Shown here: positions 1-7,541 of the stretch, piece after piece
Numbering within the stretch: position 1 is the first letter of the stretch
Layout: every line of letters starts with the position of its first letter
NCBI RefSeq assembly: GCF_900232105.1
Contig: NZ_LT934425.1
Coordinates: 1,890,001-1,922,000 of the forward strand
Length of the DNA: 32,000 nt
Direction of reading: 5' to 3'
From: Candidatus Kuenenia stuttgartensis
GTDB lineage: Bacteria > Planctomycetota > Brocadiia > Brocadiales > Brocadiaceae
Translations under genes and position numbers: made by a program
Notes under the pieces: model-generated
What the model saw: the letters and a program-made list of their open reading frames with translations, nothing else
The model's database searches: none
What the model was told of the DNA's origin: nothing

Positions 1-509
1 TCGTAACCGCTCCCTTCATTATCCAGAAAATTGCCCCAACCCCCTGCCCTTGCCGTTTTCCCGTCAAAACGTTCTCCATACACGATGGAACCAGTGCCGG
101 AAATTACAACAATTCCATGCCGATTGCCAGCCCCGGCAACAAGAGAAATAATTGCATCCGTATACACCTCAATCTGCATATCTCCGGCAAATAAATGTTT
201 ATACCGTGAATCCGCACCATAACGGTCTGTTACCTGACAAATTACCTTTCTCATTGTATGCCTTGTCTCTTCCTCTACACCCCCGGCTATGCCTGCACAC
301 AAGGCCTCTATCCTGAATTCGGGAACGGACGAAGAGTGGATGGCACCGGAAATGGACTCCTGCATTGCGGCTCTTATATCGTCATTATTAACCAGATTGG
401 GATTCGCAGGGCCCCCCCTTCCCTGCCCGATTATCTTTCCTGTATCATCAGAAAGGAGGCAAGTGGTTTTTGTACCCCCGCCATCAATTCCCAGTACACA
501 ACTTTTCAT
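1..509 (-). CDS. BadF/BadG/BcrA/BcrD-type ATPase, N-acetylglucosamine-kinase-like (5' part only; gene runs off the left edge)
   Basis: Absent from the ORF track because it is truncated. The reverse complement from ATG (509-507) reads MKSCVLGIDGGGTKTTCLLSDDTGKIIGQGRGGPANPN...HGIVVISGTGSIVYGE...ARAGGWGNFLDNEGSGY. This shows the GIDGGGTKT, GTGS and GGWG-x-L-x-x-EGSG motifs of the ASKHA BadF/GlcNAc-kinase family. Confidence 0.8.
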   Translation of the reverse strand, partial: MKSCVLGIDGGGTKTTCLLSDDTGKIIGQGRGGPANPNLVNNDDIRAAMQESISGAIHSSSVPEFRIEALCAGIAGGVEEETRHTMRKVICQVTDRYGADSRYKHLFAGDMQIEVYTDAIISLVAGAGNRHGIVVISGTGSIVYGERFDGKTARAGGWGNFLDNEGSGY

Positions 510-837
510 TATTGACTGCACCCTCCCATTCATCTTAAAAAGGTGTCTGCAAGACATATAATGTAGTCAAAGAATCTATGCTTTCAAAATAAGCTCTACT
601 CTTTTATGGTCTTAGTGAAAGACCTAGTTTACCATTTAAAATACCCGTTTGTCGAACACTCTTCATAAACATATTTCTTGCATGTACAAGAATACATTTG
701 TAGAATCATTTTTTTGTTTTTTAAATCCTTTTTTCACATGGTAACTATTTCCTGTAAAATACTTTATCAGGAAATACGTAATCATATATTTTGTTTAATC
801 AGTAAAATCATTCTTTTTTTGAAGGGTACGCGGGATT

Positions 838-2142
838 ATGCGCAGAGGCATTGAACATGAAGGTTGGAGACATCTTACATATGAAATTAGAGCTATCGTA
901 GCGGTAGCAAATGAATTAAAAAAATTAGGCGTTGAAATAACCTGGGAGAACATAGGGGATCCTGTTCAAAAAGGAGAGAAAATCCCTCAATGGATAAAAG
1001 ACATTGTTATTCAATTGGTATCAGAAGATAAGACATATGGATACGTAGCAACACAGGGCGTTCCGGAAACGAGAAAATTCCTTGCCGATCTGGTAAACAA
1101 ACGCGGCGGGTATCAAATTTCGCCGGACGATATTATCTTTTTCAACGGATTAGGCGATGCCGTTTCCACCATCTTCAGTCTTTTGAAGAGGGAAGCACGT
1201 GTAATTGGACCTTCGCCTGCATATTCCACACACTCATCAGCAGAGGCAGCCCACTCCGGGTATGATCACCTTACGTATGATCTTGACCCTGAAAACAATT
1301 GGCTGCCGGATCTTAATGATATTGAAAATAAAATAAAGTATAACGATTCCATTGCCGGCATGCTTATCATCAATCCCGACAATCCTACAGGATCGGTATA
1401 CCCGCGCTCCTTCCTTGAAAAGATTGTTGAAATCGCAAAAAGGTATGAGTTGTTTCTCATCTGTGACGAAATATATGCAAATATCGTTTATAACGGCGCG
1501 GAAACGGCAAATCTCAGCGAAATAATCGGCGGAGTGCCCGGCATGGCAATGCGCGGCATTTCCAAAGAATTTCCATGGCCTGGTTCCAGGTGCGGATGGA
1601 TTGAGGTATTCAACCAGGAATCAAATCCGGAATTCAAGAACTATATCAAAAGTTTAATTAACGCAAAAATGCTTGAAGTATGTTCCACCAGCCTGCCCCA
1701 ATATGCTATTCCGCTGATAATGGGTAATCCCAATTATCCGGCACATCTGAAAATGCGTAGGGAGAAGTATGAATACCGTGCGTATGAGGCATGCGAAATC
1801 TTTTCAAAGGTAGATGGCATACGAGTGGTAAAACCCCAGGGGGCATTCTATATGTCCATCGTATTTAAGGATGGTGTTTTAAATGCCCAACAAACCCTGC
1901 CGATCGAAAACATTGCTGTTAAAAAATACATCCTGGATAAGGTAAGTGGTGTGGAGGTAGATAAAAGGTTTGTTTATTATCTTCTCGGGGCAACGGGGAT
2001 ATGTGTTGTGCCATTAACAGGCTTTTGCTGCACAAGGAAGGGATTCCGCATCACGCTACTGGAAGCCGATGATGAAAAACGAAAATGGACGTGGAATACT
2101 ATTGCTGAAAATATAAATAAATATGTAACCCCCTGCAATTGA
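838..2142 (+). CDS. PLP-dependent class I/II aminotransferase, AlaA-like
   Basis: 434-aa ORF with fold-type I hallmarks: IINPDNPTG, ICDEIY, and ISKEFPWPGSRCGW (Schiff-base Lys). The N-terminal YEIR...WENIGDP resembles AlaA-type alanine transaminases. Confidence 0.85.
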   Translation: MRRGIEHEGWRHLTYEIRAIVAVANELKKLGVEITWENIGDPVQKGEKIPQWIKDIVIQLVSEDKTYGYVATQGVPETRKFLADLVNKRGGYQISPDDIIFFNGLGDAVSTIFSLLKREARVIGPSPAYSTHSSAEAAHSGYDHLTYDLDPENNWLPDLNDIENKIKYNDSIAGMLIINPDNPTGSVYPRSFLEKIVEIAKRYELFLICDEIYANIVYNGAETANLSEIIGGVPGMAMRGISKEFPWPGSRCGWIEVFNQESNPEFKNYIKSLINAKMLEVCSTSLPQYAIPLIMGNPNYPAHLKMRREKYEYRAYEACEIFSKVDGIRVVKPQGAFYMSIVFKDGVLNAQQTLPIENIAVKKYILDKVSGVEVDKRFVYYLLGATGICVVPLTGFCCTRKGFRITLLEADDEKRKWTWNTIAENINKYVTPCN

Positions 2143-2229
2143 TTTTTAAAAAACGAGAACCATTCATTTGGAATGTCCTGCGGGTAAAAAGCAGTATGGA
2201 CATGTTTTGAATACCCCCATTTTCAGGTA

Positions 2230-2257
2230 TTGACAGGAAAAAAAAACTGTTTATATT
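2230..2257 (+). promoter_or_regulatory. Candidate sigma70-type promoter (TTGACA-16 nt-TATATT) about 320 nt upstream of the first DUF11 gene
   Basis: ttgaca at 2230-2235 and tatatt at 2252-2257. It implies a long 5' leader. There is no experimental support. Confidence 0.35.
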
Positions 2258-2575
2258 TGAATATAGAGAAAAAGCCTCTGCTGCACAGTATAAATTGAGA
2301 AAACTAAGTAATTTGCCAAACTACCGGAGTGTAAAGCGAACCTGTTTCCAAACCTTGTGCTGAACATAGTGAAGTATCTGCTTGGGAAGGAAGCATATAT
2401 TGTTTTACGCTGAATAGTTACGTTTGCGGAGAAATATAGAAATCATTTGTTTAGATTAAATCAAAAAAATAATTTTTTACCATGCTGGAAGGGGCATTAA
2501 AACCGGTTCTGATTTTGTGGGGGGTTAAGTATTTTAGTCCAGACGATTTTACCTTTATTGAAAGGAGGCATCACT

Positions 2576-4225
2576 TTGAAAATTAACCATTTAAGAAAGA
2601 TGTTCTTGGTTGTACCGCTTTTTATATTGTGGGCTGTTATTGGAAGCAATTCATGGGGAAGTGGTATTAAACACGATCCTGACGAAAAAGGAAAACATTA
2701 CCACGGTCATATTAACGATGAACCAGGTCCCAGGCATTATGAAACGATACATAGCGAAAAAGAAAAACCCAAACCCAAACCCAAACCTGAGCCTAAATCT
2801 GACATGTTAATAACCTCTATGGCATACCCAACAGGCAATAAGGACTGTTGCAGCGTTATTTATATGGAAAAAATAGCACCCAGGACAGGCGCAGTGGGCG
2901 TTCCTTATGAATATGTTATAAAAGTAACAAACCTTATTGACAGCAAGATTGATGATGTAGAGGTTATTCATAGCCTGCCAGGCAATTTTAACATAACAGG
3001 GTCAGACCCTGATATGTTAAAAAGTATAAACGACAGCATGAAAGAAGGTATTGCTGTATGGGAACTAGGCACACTGCAGCCTCATGAAACTAAAATTATC
3101 CGGTTAGCAGGTACCCCTACCAAAGAGGGTAAGATGCCGTTTTGTACCGACCTTGAATATCAATTGCCGGATATTTGCCTCGAACCGGAAATATTGCAGC
3201 CAAAGTTGTTGCTTTCCAAAAAGGCTCCGGAATCTGTATTGCTTTGCGATACCATACCATTGACTTTTGTAGTACAGAACAGCGGAACGGGAATGGCCAG
3301 GGATGTTCAGATAAAAGAATCATTGCCTGACGGATTAACTACCCAGGACGGACATGCCAGTGTGATCATGAAGATCGGCACCCTTGCGCCTGGAGAGTCG
3401 AGAACGGCGACACTAAATGTTACAGCAGAAAGAATTGGTGAATATCATAACATTGCAACAGCAGTTGCGGATGGCGGATTAAGCATTGAGTCAAACAAAA
3501 CAAGCACGGTTGTATTACAGCCCAAGTTGGAGATTGTAAACACAGGACCTGACAACATCTATCTTGGACGTAACATTACCTATGATATATCGGTAAGTAA
3601 CATAGGAAATGGTCCGGCATCGGCAACAGTAGTAACAGATACCATCCTTGCGAATGCTACATTTTTGAATGCGACCAATGGCGGAGCAATGTCGGCAGGT
3701 GGTGTAAAATGGAATCTGGGTACTTTACAGCCAAACGATTCAAAAAAATTAAGTATTACCGTACAGCCAAATGGTATTGGTACCGTTGAGAACAAGGCTA
3801 CTGCCGAGGCGGTATGTGCAGAAGCGGTATTTGCAACCGTAACTACAGATGTTGCTGGTATTTCCGCTATATTGCTTGAGGTTGTTGACGTACATGATCC
3901 AATTGAGGTGGGACATGATGAGATATACATTATTACCGTTACCAACCAGGGAACTGACCACAGCAGAAATATCAGGATAACCTGTACACTGGAAGATAGT
4001 ATGGAATATATATCCTCCGGCGGTGCAACTAGCGGGACAATCGATGGTGAAGGCAGGACTGTAACATTTAGTCCATTGCCAAGCCTGGCTCCAAAAGCAA
4101 CGGCAACATGGAAGGTTGAAGTAAAGGCCTTGAGCGACGGCGACGCGAGGTTTAAAGTTAATATGACCGATGATCGTTTGACAAGGCCGGTAGAAGAAAC
4201 CGAGGCCACCCATTTCTATGAATAA
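2576..4225 (+). CDS. Secreted DUF11-repeat (OmcB-like) surface protein, paralog 1
   Basis: The ORF track gives 2558-4225. I prefer the TTG at 2576 because AAAGGAGG (2561-2568) lies 7 nt upstream. It has a signal-peptide-like N-terminus (MFLVVPLFILWAVIGSNSWG) and a KPKPKPKPEPK linker. About four DUF11-type Ig-like repeats follow (YVIKVTNL..., LTFVVQNSGTGMA..V.I.ESLPDGL, ITYDISVSNIGNGPA, IYIITVTNQGT). Confidence 0.85.
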   Translation: MKINHLRKMFLVVPLFILWAVIGSNSWGSGIKHDPDEKGKHYHGHINDEPGPRHYETIHSEKEKPKPKPKPEPKSDMLITSMAYPTGNKDCCSVIYMEKIAPRTGAVGVPYEYVIKVTNLIDSKIDDVEVIHSLPGNFNITGSDPDMLKSINDSMKEGIAVWELGTLQPHETKIIRLAGTPTKEGKMPFCTDLEYQLPDICLEPEILQPKLLLSKKAPESVLLCDTIPLTFVVQNSGTGMARDVQIKESLPDGLTTQDGHASVIMKIGTLAPGESRTATLNVTAERIGEYHNIATAVADGGLSIESNKTSTVVLQPKLEIVNTGPDNIYLGRNITYDISVSNIGNGPASATVVTDTILANATFLNATNGGAMSAGGVKWNLGTLQPNDSKKLSITVQPNGIGTVENKATAEAVCAEAVFATVTTDVAGISAILLEVVDVHDPIEVGHDEIYIITVTNQGTDHSRNIRITCTLEDSMEYISSGGATSGTIDGEGRTVTFSPLPSLAPKATATWKVEVKALSDGDARFKVNMTDDRLTRPVEETEATHFYE

Positions 4226-4303
4226 TTTCTTATAAAAGCCGGGAGTTATTTATTGGTCGGTTAATGTGGTTAGTATGATATTTATGGGTACTCATAAATA
4301 GAA

Positions 4304-4338
4304 GCAAAAAAGCCAGCTCTTTTTGCTGGCTTTTTTGC
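4304..4338 (+). terminator. Rho-independent (bidirectional-type) terminator after DUF11 paralog 1
   Basis: Perfect 14-bp stem, gcaaaaaagccagc (4304-4317) / gctggcttttttgc (4325-4338), with a 7-nt loop. An A-tract and a T-tract are built into the arms. Confidence 0.8.
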
Positions 4339-4386
4339 TTTCTATAAAATTGTTTAAATAGCATGCATTTAATGGAGATACTATAT

Positions 4387-5979
4387 ATGAATAAATTTAA
4401 AAGAGCCGTATTTTTGCTTTATATTCTTTTCGCAACTTTACCATTTTTATACGGGTGTAGTTATACAAACAGGTATTTTTCGAATGAGAAGGAAGTTGTT
4501 TCCGCGCGAGGATACGATGAAACCCAGGCAGCATCGGAAAAAAAATCTTCCGTAAAAAAAGAAACAAAATCGGAAGCCGCAGCCGAATATAAAAGACTTC
4601 ATATGTCGGATAAACAGCATGGGCTTGTTCTTATCGATAAAAACCTTCCTTCGGAACCTCAGGTAGGGCAATTATTCGACTATGTTATCACGATAACCAA
4701 TGTTTCAGGCCAGAAGCTGATGGATGTAAAGGTAATCGAAACGCTTTCAAATAATTTTGAAATGAAAAACGCCACTCCAAAAGCTGATATAACAAAGGAA
4801 AATGTTATACAATGGAACATGGGAGAATTGTCTCCGGATGAAAACAAATCATTTCGGGTATTTGGTATTCCGGTGAAAGAGGGATCCATATCTTTCTGTA
4901 CGGATGTCACCTATAATCTGCCTCCATTCTGTTCCATTGCAAATGCAGTACAGCCAAAGTTGCTGCTTACCAAAAATGCGCCACCGGCGGTATTGATTTG
5001 TGATGTGATACCTTTTACGTTTGTTGTGCAGAATTCAGGAACCGGATATGCCAAAAATGTCGAGATAAAAGAATCTTTGCCTGAAGGTCTCAAAACGCAC
5101 GATGGGCTTTCCAATGTTGTATTGAAAATTGGTACTCTTGCTCCAGGTGAATCAAGGACGGTTACATTGGACGTAACCGCCGATAAAACAGGAGAGTACC
5201 GTAACGTTGCAACGGTAGTTGCCGACACTGGATTAAGCGCTGAATCTAACAAAACAACCACTGTTGTGCAAAAACCGGAATTGCAGATTACAAAGAAAGG
5301 GCCTGGCAAGATATACATCGGACGTGATATAACATACGACATAGCAGTGAAAAATGTAGGAGATGGTAATGCCGGAACAACGGTAGTGGAGGATACAATA
5401 CCCGCAAATGCAACATTTTTAAACGCAAGTTCCGGCGGTGTACTGTCTGACGGCTCTGTCGTTTGGAACCTGGGTACATTGTATTCAAAAGATACGAGAA
5501 AGCTAAGTATTACCTTGCGTCCTAACGGACTTGGGTCTGTATTAAACAGGGCCACTGCCGAGGCAGTCTGTGCGGATGCCGTATCGGTAACAGCAGCGAC
5601 TGATGTCTTAGGTATTGCTGCTATATTGCTGGAAGTAGTTGATGTACATGACCCGGTTGAGGTTGGGGAGGACGAAACTTATATTATTACGGTAACGAAC
5701 CAGGGATCTTCCCATAGCAAGAATGTTAAAATGTCATGTACGCTTGAGGACGAGATGGAGTATGTGTCATCATCGGGCGCAACCGGTGGTAGTCTTTCAG
5801 ATGATGGCAAGGTTTTCAGCTTTGATCCGCTACCAAGTTTGGCTCCAAAGGCAAAGGCAACATGGAAGGTTGTTGTAAAAGCACTAAGCGAAGGGGATGT
5901 ACGGTTTAAAGTTTCGATGCAGGATGATCGCCTTGACAGGCCAGTAGAAGAAACAGAGGCCACTACTTTCTATAAATAA
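4387..5979 (+). CDS. DUF11-repeat (OmcB-like) lipoprotein, paralog 2
   Basis: The ORF track gives 4363-5979. The ATG at 4387 yields MNKFKRAVFLLYILFATLPFLYGC, with a lipobox-like LYGC. The C-terminal ~350 aa are colinear with paralog 1 (76/107 identical in a stretch I counted by hand). Confidence 0.85.
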   Translation: MNKFKRAVFLLYILFATLPFLYGCSYTNRYFSNEKEVVSARGYDETQAASEKKSSVKKETKSEAAAEYKRLHMSDKQHGLVLIDKNLPSEPQVGQLFDYVITITNVSGQKLMDVKVIETLSNNFEMKNATPKADITKENVIQWNMGELSPDENKSFRVFGIPVKEGSISFCTDVTYNLPPFCSIANAVQPKLLLTKNAPPAVLICDVIPFTFVVQNSGTGYAKNVEIKESLPEGLKTHDGLSNVVLKIGTLAPGESRTVTLDVTADKTGEYRNVATVVADTGLSAESNKTTTVVQKPELQITKKGPGKIYIGRDITYDIAVKNVGDGNAGTTVVEDTIPANATFLNASSGGVLSDGSVVWNLGTLYSKDTRKLSITLRPNGLGSVLNRATAEAVCADAVSVTAATDVLGIAAILLEVVDVHDPVEVGEDETYIITVTNQGSSHSKNVKMSCTLEDEMEYVSSSGATGGSLSDDGKVFSFDPLPSLAPKAKATWKVVVKALSEGDVRFKVSMQDDRLDRPVEETEATTFYK

Positions 5980-6055
5980 AAGTGCCGAATAACAGTTCGT
6001 TGTCGGTGAATTGTTTTTCCACGTTTTTAATCAGTATTTTATTAAGAGATAACCG

Positions 6056-6087
6056 TCCTTCCTCATTTCAAGTGAGGAAGGATTTTT
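6056..6087 (+). terminator. Rho-independent terminator after DUF11 paralog 2
   Basis: tccttcctca (6056-6065) / tgaggaagga (6073-6082), a 7-nt loop, then TTTTT (6083-6087). It lies 77 nt past the stop codon. Confidence 0.8.
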
Positions 6088-6150
6088 ATCTTTGTCCAAT
6101 ACAAAGATATAGTCAAACAAATCCGATTTTAGGCAACACTTTAGCCTTTT

Positions 6151-6199
6151 GAAAAATTCATGTAGTGCGACGAGGTTCGTCGCACTACATGAATTTTTC
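6151..6199. repeat. 49-nt perfect palindrome (23-bp arms, ggt loop), family copy 1; possible bidirectional terminator or REP-like element
   Basis: gaaaaattcatgtagtgcgacga-ggt-tcgtcgcactacatgaatttttc. It shares the 27-nt core gtagtgcgRcgaggttcgtcgcactac with 7424-7470. Confidence 0.8.
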
Positions 6200-6202
6200 G
6201 TT

Positions 6203-6427
6203 CTCGCTACCAAGCTCTGCAGACGGGGTCAAAATTAACTTTGTTTGTCTCAAAAGTGGGGATGAACTACTATAAACCCCCGTTTTTACTCATATTTTAC
6301 CGTTTTTCATCAACAAAGTGGGGAGATTAGACCCATAAAACAAAGCAAAATTACCCATTTGGCCAAGTATGTCCGGTTTGGGAACGAGCGTTTTTACCTT
6401 TTCAAAAATCTAATCTGTTGCAAAAAT
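6203..6427. repeat. MITE-like repeat, degenerate copy (same family as 29339-29558)
   Basis: Colinear by eye with 29339-29558. Shared blocks are ...ccaagc...cagac.gggtcaaa.t.aactttgtt.gtctcaaaagtgggg... and ...tttgggaacgagc.ttttt....ttcaaaaatcta.ctgtt.caaaaa. Confidence 0.65.
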
Positions 6428-6541
6428 TCCAATAATAGCGATGTTTGCCGCGCAGTTTTTACACAGTCGCGCCATCTGCGCCTTAGTGGTTATGAAGCAC
6501 TTCGTTTGAAAAGAACCTATATAAGCACAGACGGAAAAGAT

Positions 6542-7177
6542 ATGAAAAGAAGCCATGCTCTTTATTCAGGCAGTCTTGCCTTACTAATCATTCTTGTGTT
6601 AATTGCAATAGTACCTGCTAATAGCATTGTGTCTGCGGCAATGGAGACTTATGCTATTAAATCAACGGGCAGTGTAGTTACGGCAATATTCCTTCGCAAT
6701 ACCCCGGAAAATGGCTTATCACCGGAAAAGATACAATCCGTATTGAAAGAAAAAGGACTATTTGATTCGCGAAGAAATCCTTTAGGAAAAGGAATTACCC
6801 ACGCGTATGAAATACAAAAAGCGGGAAAAGTTGTGCATGACCGGGTTGTTCATATTATATGGCAGCAATCCGGTTCACAAAAAAAAATGAATTACGCAGG
6901 GGCAAAACACTATATTTCTAAACTAAACAGTGACCAATTTGCGGGTTATAACGACTGGCGTTTGCCAACCACCGAGGAAGCCATGTCGCTAATGCAATCA
7001 GTAAAGAAAAAGTGCGGATTAAACATCGATGAGGTATTTGATCCCCTCCAGGAAAGAGCCTGGACTTCAGATATAAGAAAAGAAGGGACGGCATGGGTTG
7101 TCAGGTTTGATTCGGGATATTGCGACTACACCTATACAGATGCCAACATCAAATACCACGTTCGCGCCGTAAGGTAG
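6542..7177 (+). CDS. DUF1566 (Lcl C-terminal domain)-containing exported/membrane-anchored protein
   Basis: ATG at 6542 (MKRSHALYSGSLALLIILVLIAIVPANS, a signal/anchor). The signature is ...AGYNDWRLPTTEEAMSLM...AWTSD...AWVVRF.SG.......KYHVRAVR. The track's upstream extension (6359) reads through the MITE-like repeat and I reject it. Confidence 0.8.
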   Translation: MKRSHALYSGSLALLIILVLIAIVPANSIVSAAMETYAIKSTGSVVTAIFLRNTPENGLSPEKIQSVLKEKGLFDSRRNPLGKGITHAYEIQKAGKVVHDRVVHIIWQQSGSQKKMNYAGAKHYISKLNSDQFAGYNDWRLPTTEEAMSLMQSVKKKCGLNIDEVFDPLQERAWTSDIRKEGTAWVVRFDSGYCDYTYTDANIKYHVRAVR

Positions 7178-7423
7178 CAAAGAAAGAGGGGCATCGGCTC
7201 CCTTGCGGGAGAGAGGCTGATTGCGAGGATTAAAAAACTCGTATGATCCTGCGGAGCGCTGCGTACCTATAATTGGCCAATGACGAAGCACATTCTAATT
7301 ACAAAGCATAAGATTCAAATCCTATTCAAAACATTACAAAGCTTTAATTCTTTGAAACCGTAGTGACGAAGCATTTGCGACAAACGGTTGCTGCTCGCTA
7401 TTCACGTAATAGCTAATTCCAAT

Positions 7424-7470
7424 AAATTTTCAAGTAGTGCGGCGAGGTTCGTCGCACTACTTGAAAATTT
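7424..7470. terminator. Palindromic hairpin, family copy 2; plausible bidirectional terminator between the convergent DUF1566 gene and hpnN
   Basis: aaattttcaagtagtgcggcga-ggt-tcgtcgcactacttgaaaattt, 22-bp arms with 1 mismatch. It sits between the stop at 7177 (+) and the stop at 7542 (-). Confidence 0.6.
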
Positions 7471-7541
7471 CCAGTTTCAAAAGACAAAGATGTTGCGATA
7501 AGTTACTAATGCATTCCCTTACAAAATGTGGTTGCCTGCCC

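Noticed and set aside
3580-5555. Minus-strand ORFs of 154-214 aa (3580-4209, 3749-4213, 4911-5555) inside the DUF11 genes
   Set aside because: They are shadow ORFs antisense to well-supported repeat-domain genes. They show no motifs, and their S/T/V-rich composition mirrors the sense strand.
6359-6541. Upstream extension of the DUF1566 ORF (track start 6359)
   Set aside because: The extension is translated from the MITE-like repeat. The internal ATG at 6542 gives a proper signal/anchor sequence.
7300-7330. tRNA T-arm-like string gattcaaatcct
   Set aside because: It lacks the GG of GGTTCRANNCC, and no acceptor or anticodon stems can be drawn around it. A related inverted string at 18170 shows it is just another short repeat.
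6151-7470. CRISPR array or other regularly spaced repeats
   Set aside because: There are only two palindrome copies, 1.2 kb apart with a gene between them. I saw no regular 25-40-nt repeat/spacer periodicity anywhere in the window and no cas genes.
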